This document shows positions 48,451-62,258 of a stretch of 64,000 nt of DNA, piece by piece (position 1 is the stretch's first letter; each line of letters opens with the position of its first letter). Both the position numbers and the translations under genes were made by a program. Location: positions 111,993,703-112,057,702 of the forward strand of contig NC_068983.1 in NCBI RefSeq assembly GCF_001194135.2, in the 5' to 3' direction. The DNA is from Octopus bimaculoides (lineage: Eukaryota). The notes beneath the pieces were generated by a model that saw only the letters and a program-made list of their open reading frames with translations, did no database searches and was not told the DNA's origin.

Positions 48451-48671
48451 TGGTCATGGCTGGAAAACTTTTGATAATAGATCTGCTTGATCAGGGTTGG
48501 CCTGGGGTTAAACGATTTTGGAGATCCAAAATAAGTCACCCACATAAGTAGGATTTTCTTCGTTTTGACAGGGATTTTTCAAGGTTTTTTTGTCATGCAC
48601 ATCCAAATGATGGGGAGAAGCTTTTTAATTAAAGAATTTTTGAAAATGTATCATTTTAAATATATATATGT

Positions 48672-48834
48672 ATCATCATCATCATCATCATCGTCGTCGT
48701 TTAACGTCTGCTTTCCATGCTGACATAGGTTGGATGGTTTGACTGAGGGCTGGCAAACCAGAAGGCTGTCAAACCATCCGACCCATACCAGCATGGAAAG
48801 CAGACGTTAAATGATGATGATGATGATGATGATG
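48672..48834. repeat. Inverted pair of RTE 3' ends forming a hairpin
   Basis: (ATC)n gtttaacgtctgctttccatgc...ggtttgac, a 24-nt loop, then gtcaaacc...gcatggaaagcagacgttaa (ATG)n. Confidence 0.85.
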
Positions 48835-49197
48835 TCAAATACAATTACATGCAATAGATGGGTTTTGAGATTTAAATTTGCAAATTTTCCAAGATTTGAA
48901 TTCTTGTGTATAAAGTGTGGTGGTTGGGGGGGGGCACCAAATTTGAAGTAAACCCCACCCAACCCCCATGGTTTAAATCCAGTCCTGATGCCCACAGTCA
49001 AATGACTCAAACAAGTAAAGGCTAAATGATTCCTATTGTTTTTCAGAGATTTGATGTTCATCACATTTAATTTGGGAAAATGCCAGAATACTTTGTTTTT
49101 CTTAGTTGATATGCATTTCTTGCCAAAGTTTATGATATTTCGTTTTTGGATTTGGTTTGCAAGATTTTTTATGTGATTTCGTGTGTTGAAGCATATT

Positions 49198-49554
49198 CTG
49201 TTGTGTCTGGGGAGAGTCATTTTTTTATTGAGCCTTGAAATTTAACACAATCACGGGTAAAATTTCCACTTATTTCTTATTTTAATTTTCCTAAAATTTT
49301 CGTTGCATCTTGCAACCTTTTCAATAGTCTTGACTCTGTCCGTTATTTACACTGCGTTCTGTTTTGAGCAAAAACAAACAAAAGCAAAAACAGAATGCAG
49401 CGTAAATAACGGACAGAGTCAAGACTATTGAAAAGGTTGCAAGACGCAACGAAAATTTTAGGAAAATAAAAATAAGAAATAAGTGGAAATTTTACCGGTG
49501 AGTGTGTTAAATTTTAAGGCACAATAAGAAAATGACTCTCCCCAGACACAACAG
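49198..49554. mobile_element. Palindromic MITE (~165-bp arms)
   Basis: ctgttgtgtctggggagagtcatt...aatgactctccccagacacaacag. Inner arms gtcttgactctgtccgttattta / taaataacggacagagtcaagac. Confidence 0.9.
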
Positions 49555-50288
49555 CTTATGATATTTGTTTTGCATTTTAAAGTTGAGTTTCAAAATAGTA
49601 TGATAGAAATTATATAAGCCTCACGGAATTTTCCTTAGAGTGCTATTAAACTTTAGTAAAAGACATTCCAATTCTCATTCAATCTTAAAGCAAAGTTTCC
49701 ACAAAATAGGAATATTCAGCTGATGAGCTTTTATCTTATACACTGCTTTAATAACTTTGTATGAAATTTTATGTAGTCTACTGCTGTGGAGCTTGCATCA
49801 AAGTATTGCCATTGAATAATGTTATGTATCATAAAAATATCTGAAGTGACTTCTTTTAAATGTGCTATAAATTCATGACGGCAATCAATCATAATAAGTG
49901 TTTCATTAGCTGCATATAAAATAACATTTGAGAGGAATATCTCTATCATAAAAATGTGCTGGGCAATTCTATAAATTGTTAAGCCTTTGTGTCAATCTCC
50001 ACTTATTTGGCAAAAAGAAACTCTTTTACAATTCTTTGAATGGCATTTTTGAATAAGGTATGAAGGCCAATAACAGAGATTTATTATTACATAAAGCTGT
50101 CTTATCAAGTTGTAATAATTTTTCTAGGTTTCCAAATTATCATAGTCTTTTTTTTTTAATATTATCGGCCACTTTGTTAATTCTTGTTGATAGTAAACTA
50201 TTATTGAAGACAATCAGTGAAATGTTACTTTACCAGAGCCTATCACAATATTTAGAAATTCATTTACATCTAGTAAAAATGAAGTCTC

Positions 50289-50347
<59 letters not shown>

Positions 50348-51189
50348 NNNNNNNNNNNNNNNNNNNNNNNNNNNNNNNNNNNNNNNNNNNNNNNNNNNNN
50401 NNNNNNNNNNNNNNNNNNNNNNNNNNNNNNNNNNNNNNNNNNNNNNNNNNNNNNNNNNNNNNNNNNNNNNNNNNNNNNNNNNNNNNNNNNNNNNNNNNNN
50501 NNNNNNNNNNNNNNNNNNNNNNNNNNNNNNNNNNNNNNNNNNNNNNNNNNNNNNNNNNNNNNNNNNNNNNNNNNNNNNNNNNNNNNNNNNNNNNNNNNNN
50601 NNNNNNNNNNNNNNNNNNNNNNNNNNNNNNNNNNNNNNNNNNNNNNNNNNNNNNNNNNNNNNNNNNNNNNNNNNNNNNNNNNNNNNNNNNNNNNNNNNNN
50701 NNNNNNNNNNNNNNNNNNNNNNNNNNNNNNNNNNNNNNNNNNNNNNNNNNNNNNNNNNNNNNNNNNNNNNNNNNNNNNNNNNNNNNNNNNNNNNNNNNNN
50801 NNNNNNNNNNNNNNNNNNNNNNNNNNNNNNNNNNNNNNNNNNNNNNNNNNNNNNNNNNNNNNNNNNNNNNNNNNNNNNNNNNNNNNNNNNNNNNNNNNNN
50901 NNNNNNNNNNNNNNNNNNNNNNNNNNNNNNNNNNNNNNNNNNNNNNNNNNNNNNNNNNNNNNNNNNNNNNNNNNNNNNNNNNNNNNNNNNNNNNNNNNNN
51001 NNNNNNNNNNNNNNNNNNNNNNNNNNNNNNNNNNNNNNNNNNNNNNNNNNNNNNNNNNNNNNNNNNNNNNNNNNNNNNNNNNNNNNNNNNNNNNNNNNNN
51101 NNNNNNNNNNNNNNNNNNNNNNNNNNNNNNNNNNNNNNNNNNNNNNNNNNNNNNNNNNNNNNNNNNNNNNNNNNNNNNNNNNNNNNNNN

Positions 51190-51236
<47 letters not shown>

Positions 51237-51299
51237 ATATATATGGCTGTATATATGTATATATGCACACATGCATACATATATATGTATATTATATAT

Positions 51300-51682
51300 T
51301 CTTTTATTCTTTTACTTGTTTCAAATAAAGTCAACACCGCCTTTATTTGAACAAATCAACTTATTCTTTGTAAGCCTAGTTTTGATTCTATCGGTCTCTT
51401 TTGTCAAACTGCTAATGTTACAGGGATGTAAATGCACCAGCGTTGGTTGTCAAGCGATGTTGTGGGGACAAACACAGACACACAAACATACACACACACA
51501 CACACATATATATATATACAACGGGCTTCATTCAGTTTCAGTCTACCAAATCCACTCACAAGGCTTTGGTCAGTCTAAGGCTATAGTAGAAGACACTTGC
51601 CCAATATGCCATGCAGTGTGACTGAATCTAGAACCATGTGGCTGGTAAGCAAGCTACTTACCACAGAGCCACTTCTGCACCT
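51300..51682 (-). mobile_element. SINE family A
   Basis: Colinear similarity to 6012-6405. Confidence 0.8.
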
Positions 51683-54600
51683 GTTATATATACATTTTAC
51701 ATTTTGCTATTAATATTGAAGGTTTGTAACTGTTCCCTGGTTGGTTACTTTGTTTTACAATGAAACTCATTATTTGTAGACTGATGTTTCAAATTCTATT
51801 TTTTCTATATTCCTTGAAATAGCTTTTTTATAATTTTTGCTTTTTTTTTTAATCTTTTGTTTTTAAATGATCAATCATTCTTGAAGGTCTTAATTATTTG
51901 TTGGATCTCCCCCCCCCCCACACACACACATAATAAACAAATTGGTAACTGCTCACTGTTACTGAATAGAATGACTCCATATTTCAAATATTTCCATATG
52001 TGTATTGATGAATTTCTGTTTTTCATTTCTTTTCATGGCAATTATCACACTATCAATATTAATAAAAAAAAATTTAATGAAGTACTATTATTAAACAAAC
52101 TTTCTAGTTTCAGCTAATGCTGTCTGAAGTAAACTGAATATTTTTTTTATACTGATTTAAATGTTACACTGGTTAGCAACAGTTTTACTTTTTAAAAGGT
52201 GAAAGTTGTTTTAGGTTAACTTTGCAGATGCTAATTCCAAATATGACAGTATTTTTCTTTCTTAATATGTCATTCTTTCCTAACATGTTAGATTTTATCA
52301 GTAAGCACCATAAACCAGAAATGCAAAATTGCACATTTTGGATATTTTAGGAAAATTACTGATAGTATTAATTCTTTGTTTCAAACCATTTTACTAATTT
52401 AAAGTTTAAGTAGTATTTATGAAATCTTTTTAAAGAAGAAAGTCAAAATAATTTCAAAATAATATACTGAGTCTATACATTAAGACAAAGAAAGTATAGG
52501 TTCTTAAAATCGTGAAAGCACTTATTAAGAAAGCAACAAAAGAGAGTTATCATTAGTTAAGAAAAGTTCAATGGATAAGCTTCTTCTTCTGAAAAATAGC
52601 CTGTAAACTTTCAAAGGTCAATGGTGTGAGAAAACAGTTCGGCATATATCTTTCTCAATCAGTTTTCTTATTCTTATTTGCTGAGGTAAGTTATAATCCT
52701 AATAAACTCCAAATGAAGAAATAGCCTGTATACTTTGAAATGTAATGGTAATGATGAAACATTTTGAAAGATATTTTTCTTAGGGAATTTTCTCAGCTTG
52801 ATTTGAATACATTTGCAAACATGTGCATCTTTGTATATCTCAACATCAACATGTTGTATCATCAGGTGTTCAGGCAAAACAAAAACTGAGATTTTCTTGA
52901 AATTTTAGTTTGTCTGTTATTACTAAATTAAACTTGTAATATAATATTTCTAGTATTAATAGACAAAGTTTGATGTCTTCTCATACATCTATGGATCTTT
53001 TAAAACAACAAAGCAGTGACAACTTTTTACAGAAACTGTTAGAAGAGTATATTTCACATATTTTAGAGCGATCATGGGCAACATGCAGCCTGAGGGACTT
53101 TCTGAATAGGATGTGTAATGAAAAAACTATTTTGAATTTTTAATAGTGTGGTCCATCACATGCTGAGTCATGTTTCATGCAGCCCATTTCTTGCAAAAGC
53201 TGAACATATCTATTTTAGAATGAAATTAGGTGATCAAAACAGACAATGAGTTTCTTATTATTATCAACTGAATTTGGATTGCAAATCTGAGGTAAAGGAC
53301 TAAAGATTAAGAAAATAAAATAGAAAATTAGATATGGTATGCTAATGTTCTAGATAGAATTTATGAACCAGTTTTAAGATTACCATTTTTGTATGGCTGA
53401 TATTTTGGGCTATAGCTCTAAGACCAAATTGAAGACAGATTACATAAATGCGTCTTCAGCTATATTATTTGTAACTTACCTTATTGTACCAAAGCAATCA
53501 TTCCAGTATTTGATAAGTTACATGTTATTGGTCACTCTGAGGAAGCTACTAAGGATGAAACTTAAACAAAAATTATTGATATTTGAGTACCTAAACCCTT
53601 CACATAAACTGAATTAAATGACTTAATGCACAATTTAGATCATCTAAACACCTCAGCAAAATTATTGCAATCCAGCCTAAATTGAAATAACCTGAGAAGA
53701 TTTAGTTTCTATTGAGGTAGAAAATAATGTTTGTTGCGATTATTCAGAATGGGATAGTTATAACATTAATGAGCAGTAATGGGATGTCTTTATGAATGGT
53801 AACTTTAAACGATAGTTTAAAAGCTTGTTTAAAGTGTGTTTTGTTGAGTAATTGAAATATGTTTGCTTCTGTTATGGTTAATCGTTCAGTGTATTTAAAA
53901 AGAACTTATCAGTCCTGGAAAGTTGTAGTGGTAAAGCTTAAATACTTTGAAAACAGTTTGATGATGTGTAGAGAATTGTTCAGTCAAGAAGTTATAATGT
54001 AATATTACCATCAAAGTACATTTCCTCCACAGACATTTAGATTACTTTGTTGCCACTTTATAGACTGCTAGTAAAGAGCAATGAGAGCGTTTTCCCCCAG
54101 ACAAAACTACAAGGAAATGATACAGGGTTGACTGAATACAGATATGAGGTCAGATGTTGTCTAATAAGAGGACGAAATAAAAGTGATCATGTGCAACAAT
54201 GTAAAAAGAGGAAGCTGATTCCTTAAACAGTGTACCTGGCAAACAAATCTTATTTTTATTCTCATTCAACATCTGAAGATGTTGCATTACCATGAAATGG
54301 ACAGACTTTGTTGACTAGGTGATACATTTCTTTTCACAGAAATCTTTATTACTGTTACATTTATCATTTCAATGACATTTGATCAAGTTCACTGATTTTT
54401 CATGGTTAGATAATGCAAAAGCAATTATATTTGCTGAATAAAATATGCCAAGTTTTAATAAATTTATACAAAATATGTCTAATTTTCATCAATATAAATC
54501 TAACATAAAAGCTAAAATGGTGATATAATAGGCTAGATCATCTCATAAAACAGCTAAAATGATTATTCTTGCAAACATTTCAAATAATTACAAATTCTAT

Positions 54601-54988
54601 TCTACTAATATGCATATTCTATATGCATATTGTTAAAATTCTAAAATGTATTTCTTAAAAAAAGATTTGATAGAATATGCAAATTTCCAGTGCATATTTG
54701 AAATCAGCATCTCAAAAGTAGAAAAGACATACACTTTTCATGAAAAAGGCAAAACATCATTTTCAAATACAACGGTCTGGTATAATTGATTACATGACAT
54801 AATTAAGTTAATTATTGTATGAACTTTAGGAACTGATTCATAGAAATGGAAATTTTTTTCTTCAATTGCTTAAAAATTAACAAAGATAATTGGAAATGGA
54901 TTAAGAGCTATAACACTTTCATTATTCAAAATGCTTCATTTTTTTAATACTTAGTGAGATTTTACTATACAGAATATTCCTTACCAAT

Positions 54989-55372
54989 GTGTGTTGGCAC
55001 TCCGTCGCTTACGACGTCGAGGGTTCCAGCTGATCCGATCAACGGAACAGCCTGCTCATGAAATTAACGTGCAAGTGGCTGAGCACTCCACAGACACGTG
55101 TACCTTTAACGTAGTTCTCGGGGATATTCAGCATGATACAGTGTGACAAGGCTGACCCTTTGAATTAAAGGCACAACAGAAACAGGAAGTAAGAGTGAGA
55201 GAAAGTTGTGGTGGAAGAGTACAGCAGGGTTCGCCACCATCCCCTGCCAGAGCCGTGTGGAGCTTTAGGTGTTTTTGCTCAATAAACACTCACAACGCTC
55301 GGTCTGGAAATCGAAACCGTGATCCTATGACCACGAGTCCACTGCCCTAACCAGTGAGCCATTGTGCCTCCA
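54989..55372 (-). mobile_element. SINE family C, young full-length copy with 11-bp TSD
   Basis: TCCTTACCAAT flanks both ends (54978-54988 and 55373-55383). CpGs are retained and the head is tRNA-like on the minus strand. Confidence 0.9.
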
Positions 55373-56944
55373 TCCTTACCAATATCATTTATTAAAAGCT
55401 CTGTAAATGCACTGCTGTTGAAAACATGAAACCAATGCATATAGAGTTATTTATATAGTTGAATCCTCTTCATTTCACTTTAACCCCCACTTATTCTTTT
55501 ATTGGAAATACAATGACATTATCATGAACTATATTCTTTATAGATGGGAAAACTGAGGAATGTTAAAATAAAACAAATAAGCAGTTTACAGTTTCTGAAC
55601 ACAATAAAGAACAAACGAATTCATTATTAAAGTAATGAGATATATTAATGTATAGAAGTACCTAATCCTAAAAGCTCTCACTCTCAACATGTTGATTGTT
55701 GAGGTCTTCCAGTTACAACATTAACTTTACATTGTGGTTTATATTGGCTATTATAAAATAAATACTCACTGGTCAATAACTTTTATCTCCCTGAGAAAGA
55801 TGATTATTTTTAGCCTGCTACAAATTTAAATAATTAATTACCCACTAATTTAGTTCATGATAGCATTAATTTTACCATAAAATTAAAACCAGTATGAAAT
55901 AAAGTTGCTTGTCAATAAAATTTTAATCTTTAATAATATTAAATTACTTTTAATTAGTTCTTCCACTAAAAATTAGATAAATAAGAAAGCTCATTATAGT
56001 CATCTCTGATAATAGCATGCTATTTTCATTTTGTCAAAGGGAAGCTGCTACCATTTTGATTGGCAGCTGCTGAAGGGGTTTTAAACTCATGACACTCTAC
56101 AGCATCCTCCTTACTTGTTATCAGGAAAAAATTTTGATGCAATTAAAAATATTCCTTCCTTTATGTGTTGTTGTTGTTTAAGATGGGAAGGAGGGATCAC
56201 ATTAAATTATTTAGTTTTGTTGTTCATTTTGTTGTTTAAAATTTGAGCAATAAGTAAAGGAAGTAAAAAGTTCCTAAACAACCACTCTCTCCTGGCTTTA
56301 ACAAAAATAAAAGCAACTCAGAAATGAACAACAATTGATAACTCAAAGACCACATAGAAATGAATAAAAACAGCAAGAACAGGAAAAAAGCTAATAGCCA
56401 GTTGCTGTTTGTGAAAGTAACCTCGTATAAATCAAGACTGCATGCATTATAATAAAAATCATGGTAATGAATAACTAACTCCCTTCTTAAATAGAATCTA
56501 GTACCTACAAACATTTGTTGTTTTTCCTTTCAGTGTTCACAACCCTGTTCCATGCCAGATTAAGAAACACCATTCTAGTTGCTGTGGAACAATCAGAACT
56601 TGTGTAAATAGAGAAACAACTTGTAAATAATATGCTTTCTGTTTTTTAATCCAAGTCAGCTTTAATCAAGAAGATTTATCATCAAAAGCATTTCAATCAT
56701 GACAATCAGATTTTTTCTTTTAAGGGTATGAAGAGCTATGTCATCTAATGCATCTAGTAGCTATTTCTTATTTAAGATGGTAAAGTGTGATTTGAGGGAG
56801 AATTGATTGCTATTTCTAGCTAGTTGGGTAGCGATATAGAAGCTCTTCTTTGCACTCTCTCTCATTGGCTCAGAAATATGCTTCCTAATTATGTGGATGC
56901 TAATATGTGATCAATTCAAATGAAAAGTAACTGAAATAAGTAAA

Positions 56945-57275
56945 GCAGCTGGAATATAACTAGCACTCCATCGGTTATGACGATGAGTGTTCCAGTTGAT
57001 CCAAACAGCCTGCTTGTGAAATTAACATGCAAGTGACTGAGCACTTCACAAGCATGTGTACAATTAACATAGTTCTCAGGGAGATTCAGCATAATAGTGA
57101 CTGTAACAAGGCTGGTTCTTTGAATTACAGTTACAGTACACTTTTGCCAGCTGAGTGAACTGGAGAAACATGAAATAAAGTGTCTTGCTCCAGAACACAA
57201 TGTACCACCAGGTATTGAACTCAAGACCTTATGATCATGGGTCAAATATCCTAACCACTAAGTCATATGCTTTCA
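56945..57275 (-). mobile_element. SINE family C, older copy
   Basis: Similarity to 4740-5060 and 54989-55372. Confidence 0.75.
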
Positions 57276-57729
57276 CATAAACATTGTAAAATATCCTACA
57301 CTGTCTTTCCTTGGGGTGTGAGGATTCCTGTAAGGAGGTCAGGTCTTGTCCAAAATTGAAACAAGTGCATATCAATTCACAGGCTATGTTTTCTTGGTAG
57401 ATTTTTCCATTTTGTTAACCAATCAATCAAATAAACAATTTTACCTGGCAATTACACTTTCATGCCACAATTACAGCTAATCAAATTCACCCAGTTTATT
57501 TTGATATCCTTTTGACAGCAGATCAAAAGCCCACCTTTTTTGGTTCTTTTTTTTTTTGGTGTGAAGTTTGAAGAACATTCAAGAAGCTCTTGTCACATGA
57601 TGTTCTTGGCTGTGAATGGAGATTCGTTATAAAATATACTGTTATTAACAGTTTGCCAGAGATCATTTCACATTTGGCAGGAATCCATTCATGTCATAAA
57701 GAAAACATGAGACAATGCTCTCTCTCCAA

Positions 57730-58140
57730 TGCGCACACACACACACACATACACACATATACACACACATGCACACACACATGCACACACCCTACCCCAA
57801 CACATACACACACATACACACACACATGCACACTTACACATACACGCACACACGCATGCGCACACACATACACACACACATGCACATGCACTCACACACA
57901 CACACACTCATACACATTCACACACACACTCATACATACACTCACATACATACTCAAGCACACACACACACAAGCATACACAAACACACATTCACACACA
58001 CTCATGCACACCCACATACTTATGCACAGGCACTTACACACACACACACTCATGCACACACAAGCACAGATACACACACACACGCACACACGCACACACA
58101 CACACACACGCACACACACACACATACATACACACACATT
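57730..58140. repeat. Compound (CA)n/(CATA)n microsatellite
   Basis: Directly visible. It is the source of the HT-rich ORFs. Confidence 0.95.
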
Positions 58141-58232
58141 CTATCTCTTTCTAATGCTATCTCCATTTTTAGACAGTTATCTTCTAAAAATATCTCCCAT
58201 TGAACACATACTCAGGATTCTATGTAATCCAG

Positions 58233-58610
58233 TTATTACCTCCGCTTTAACAAAGGCAGAAGTATTGTTTTCAGTCGTGTTTGTTTGTTTGTCTGTGGAC
58301 AAAATATCTCAAGAACTGCTGGATGGATTTGGATGAAACTTCCAGGGATCTTTGGCCTTGTGACTGGCACAAACTCATTAGATTCTGGGATCAATCCAGT
58401 TCTGGTACCGGACAAGGATTCTGGATTATTTTTCTGATTATTTTTACTTATTTTGTCAGAGCGGTCAAGTTCATTTTTAGTATTGTTTGTGAGAGCAGTC
58501 GAGTTTATTTCAGATATTCTCATTTTAAAAATCATCTCCAGCTAATCATTGAAAGGACGTTGGTGTTGCCTTGGTGGAGATTTGCGCTCTCTGAGTGCTC
58601 TTGTTTTTTT
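58233..58610 (+). mobile_element. Helentron/HINE-like non-autonomous element
   Basis: TTATTACCTCCGC...(GTTT/GTCT) microsatellite...CCTTGGTGGAGAT, then stem-loop GCGCTC-TCT-GAGTGC and a T-tract. Confidence 0.65.
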
Positions 58611-59094
58611 TAATGTTATTATATTATTGTAATATTAGTGTCTCCATTCATTCTTTCCATTCACATTTCCGTCATTTTCCATGCTAAATTGGTGAACCCT
58701 GCCTAGAATTACAGCCTTCATGCTACAATTAGTAACCATGGAGAATATGATAACCCATCTTATGAAGGAGATTTTTTCCAACTGCACAGTTTCTCAGGCT
58801 TCCAATATGGCCTCAGCTATGCTAACCATTGGTACCCAGTTGCATATCTATATGCTTCAAACCACCGTCTAAAATAAGGATGCAACTCTTTGCCATTCCT
58901 TTGGTTTTGTAGAATCGTGAGCAGCATGACAGTAGTAGTCTAAAATGGTTGATGTTAGGAAGGGCATCCAGCAGTGAAAATTAAGTCAAAGCAGCCACTG
59001 GAGTACAATGCATTCCTTGGACCTAGTGGACACTTGTGAAACTGTCCAACATGTGCCAGCATCAAACATGAATGTTAAGTGATGAATGTGGTGG

Positions 59095-59178
59095 TCATCG
59101 TCGTCGTGGTTGTGGTTGTGGCAGCAGCAGTGGTGATGATGATGATAACAGTGATGATGATGATGATGATGATAACAG

Positions 59179-59231
<53 letters not shown>

Positions 59232-59232
59232 A
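59095..59232. repeat. (GAT)n microsatellite at the tail of a degraded RTE 3' end
   Basis: Directly visible. Preceded by ...aggaagggcatccagc...gccagcat...gttaa at about 58955-59080. Confidence 0.85.
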
Positions 59233-62209
59233 TAAGATGTACAACTGAAAATGTTCTGAAGTCAGGCTTTATCATGCAAAACACTTCAAGACCTGAAAAA
59301 TCATCAACAAAGGAAATACTTCACATGGATTTATTTTCATCATTTTAGAAAAAGAAAAGAAAAGAAAAACAGAGAATTGCTGAATGTCTAAAGATAAAAA
59401 ACCAATCGTCTCTCATAGCCAAAGATTCAGTGTTGTTTCCCCACAACAACACATCACAAATTCCTGATTCAGTTAACTTTCTTGAACAATTTTCCTTCAT
59501 TTTAAAAATTCATTTTGTTTTCTTGTATTCCTTTTACTCTCAAGTGGATTGTTTTGGTATTCAAGTTTTACTTTTGTTTTACACACACACACCCACACAC
59601 ACATTGCTAAGAACATAAGAACACACTTGTGACAGCTTAGTGTCTACTTTTTAATTCATACATTTATTTGTTTACTTATTTATTTATTTTTTTAACTTAT
59701 TGCAATCTCCATTTTTTTAATGTTGCTGCATTGCAGCTATGCTTTCATGTGAAACACAAGATAAGTACATAACTCCTTCAAAATACTAATGACATTCATT
59801 GTTTCACTTTTCAAAATACCTACATGAAAGAAAGTTCATAAGATGTTTGCCTTCTGTTGACTTCACTTGTGGTTAGCATACATATCATGCAAATGCCGCA
59901 TGCATCTTGTGCATATAATATATCACATATGCACATACAGCATTTTATTTTGGTTTATTCACTGACTTACCATTCTTTTACATTCAGTTCTATTAGTTGT
60001 TTTACAGCTCCTTCTGGGTTACCTGCGTGTTGCTTTACAATGATACTATTGTCTTTTCAAGGCATTGCTTATACAACTATTTATGACATTCACCTAGCAG
60101 TCTTTTTTCTCTGGTCATCTAAGAGGGGAATTCATGTAGCATAATGCTTTTTCTGTCAGCATGATTTATTCCATGTGGGACAGTTCTCAAGAATTAAACT
60201 TACCACATAGTAATCCACAGATCGTGTCTTCTTTAGTGATTTCAATTTTGGTTGACCTGTTAGTCAAGTCAACAGTTTCACCTGGCAACTAAACCTTTGT
60301 ATCAGAATTACAGTCAATCAAATTCCTCAATTTATTTTGATGCCTATTTGACAACAGATCAAAGACTACAGCACTCTTATTAACAGCTAACAAGAGATAA
60401 TTTTAAATTTGGCAGGAATACATGCATGTTGCAAGGAAAATAGGAGATAATGCTCTTACACACAAATCACTCTATCTATCTCCAATACTCTATTCATCTT
60501 CTGACAATTTACCTTCTATAAACAATATTGTTTATTACAACACTTGGTAAACACGTTTTGTAATAAATAATTTAGCACATTGATGATATATCATGCAGCT
60601 GTAGTTATTTGTATATTTTGGTAAATACTACATGGATTGTTTCAATTTGTAATTTTATTAGTATGATATATGATAATGTTCCTATATTTATTTCTATCTG
60701 CTATGTTCTCTGTTATTGTTTGTTTTAATTGAACATATAGCCTAGAGAATTTTGATGCTTGTGCTACTCTTATCTTTTCTTTACATTTTTAATCATCAAC
60801 ATTTACATCACCACTTTCAATATTGATTTCAAATTTTAGCACAAAGCCAGCAAGTTTAGGAGATGGGGTGAATCAATTACATTGATTCTAGAATTCAATT
60901 GGTACTTATTTTATGGTCCCCAAAAGGATGAAGGACAAAGTTGACCTCAGTGGAATTTGAACTCAGAACCTAGAAGAAAAAATGGATGAAATGTTGCTAA
61001 ACATTTTTCTCAGTGTGCTAATGATTCTGTTTGTACACCACCCTAACACCACTTTTAATATTAAATAACTATAAGATGGCAAACTGGCAGAAGCATTAGC
61101 ATGACGGATAACACATTCTGAGTTCAAATTCTGGCAAAATCGACTTAAACTTTCATCCTTTCATGGTTGATAAAATAAGTGTGAATTGAGCACTGGGGTC
61201 GATGTAATTGACTGACCCTCTCCCCCAAAATTACTGGCCTTGGGCTAGAATTTGAAACCTATATTAAAGAAGTATATAATATACTTTATTACACTGTCCT
61301 GAATCTTAATTTTATATAATCAAACATTTCTATGCTGAAATAACTCATAGATTGGCCTATTGGAGTACTTTTTAAGACACTGATATCTGAAGAAATTTTA
61401 GCTCAGTTACATTGTGATAGTGATGTATTTAATACTATTAGGAGACATGATGTAAAGCTGTGAAGATTGTAGAACTTATATTAATCATTTTAAATGTGTT
61501 TTGTGATATAATTAATGTGTTTATCAAATAGTAGTTCAGCTTATTTGTCATGTGTTCTCAGTTTGAGCCTTGGATAAAACAATAAACCTTTCTCATTTTA
61601 TTTTCTCAGGAGAAGAGACCCACAAAACATAGAAAGAACAGCATGAGAGTGGAGAACGGACTAATTGGAAATTTACAAATGGTTGGGTGCTTTAAAGATA
61701 ATATCAGCTAACTTGACAGTAAATAAGTAGTAATAAATTAACTATAAAGTTTATTATTTCTAGTCATGATAAAATGTCAATGAACTTGGTTTAGACAGAA
61801 CAACCAAGATGAAAAATTTAGAGTGGCATGTTCTAGACTAAATCATTGTTCATGCAAATTCAACTGAAGTAATCACACCATAATTGGTCATTATGCAAGG
61901 TAATTTAATGGATGAAAATATCTTTGTTTTGTTGTGTTGCTAAGTTAACTATTAATAAATTCCTTTCTATCAGTCTCATGATATACCCTGGAGAAATATC
62001 CGAAATTTAGGTAATGTTCAGTATTACAATAATCTTATATTTATTTTTCAGACTTGTATCTTGTATCAAATCTTTCTTTAGCTAGAATTATTTTCCTTCC
62101 TCCATTATTTGCTGCAATTTGCCTACATCTCCAATGGCCATTTATGATTAGTTATTGGCTGCAGTAAAAGAAAAATTTCATGTGGTTTCATATCTAAATC
62201 ACTTTCTAC

Positions 62210-62258
<49 letters not shown>

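Noticed and set aside
48492-48987. hAT MITE call for CAGGGTTGG...CAGTCCTG
   Set aside because: The ends are only loosely inverted and the 8-bp flanks do not match, so the family was left unassigned.
52560-52900. Perfect plus-strand donor GAG|GTAAGT at 52685/52686 and nearby ORF-like text
   Set aside because: No consistent acceptor and frame could be assigned, and such 9-mers occur by chance in 64 kb. It stays open pending RNA-seq.
56236-56514. 92-aa hydrophobic minus-strand ORF as a membrane protein
   Set aside because: The hydrophobicity follows from T-rich composition, there is no recognisable motif, and no convincing splice-site pair.
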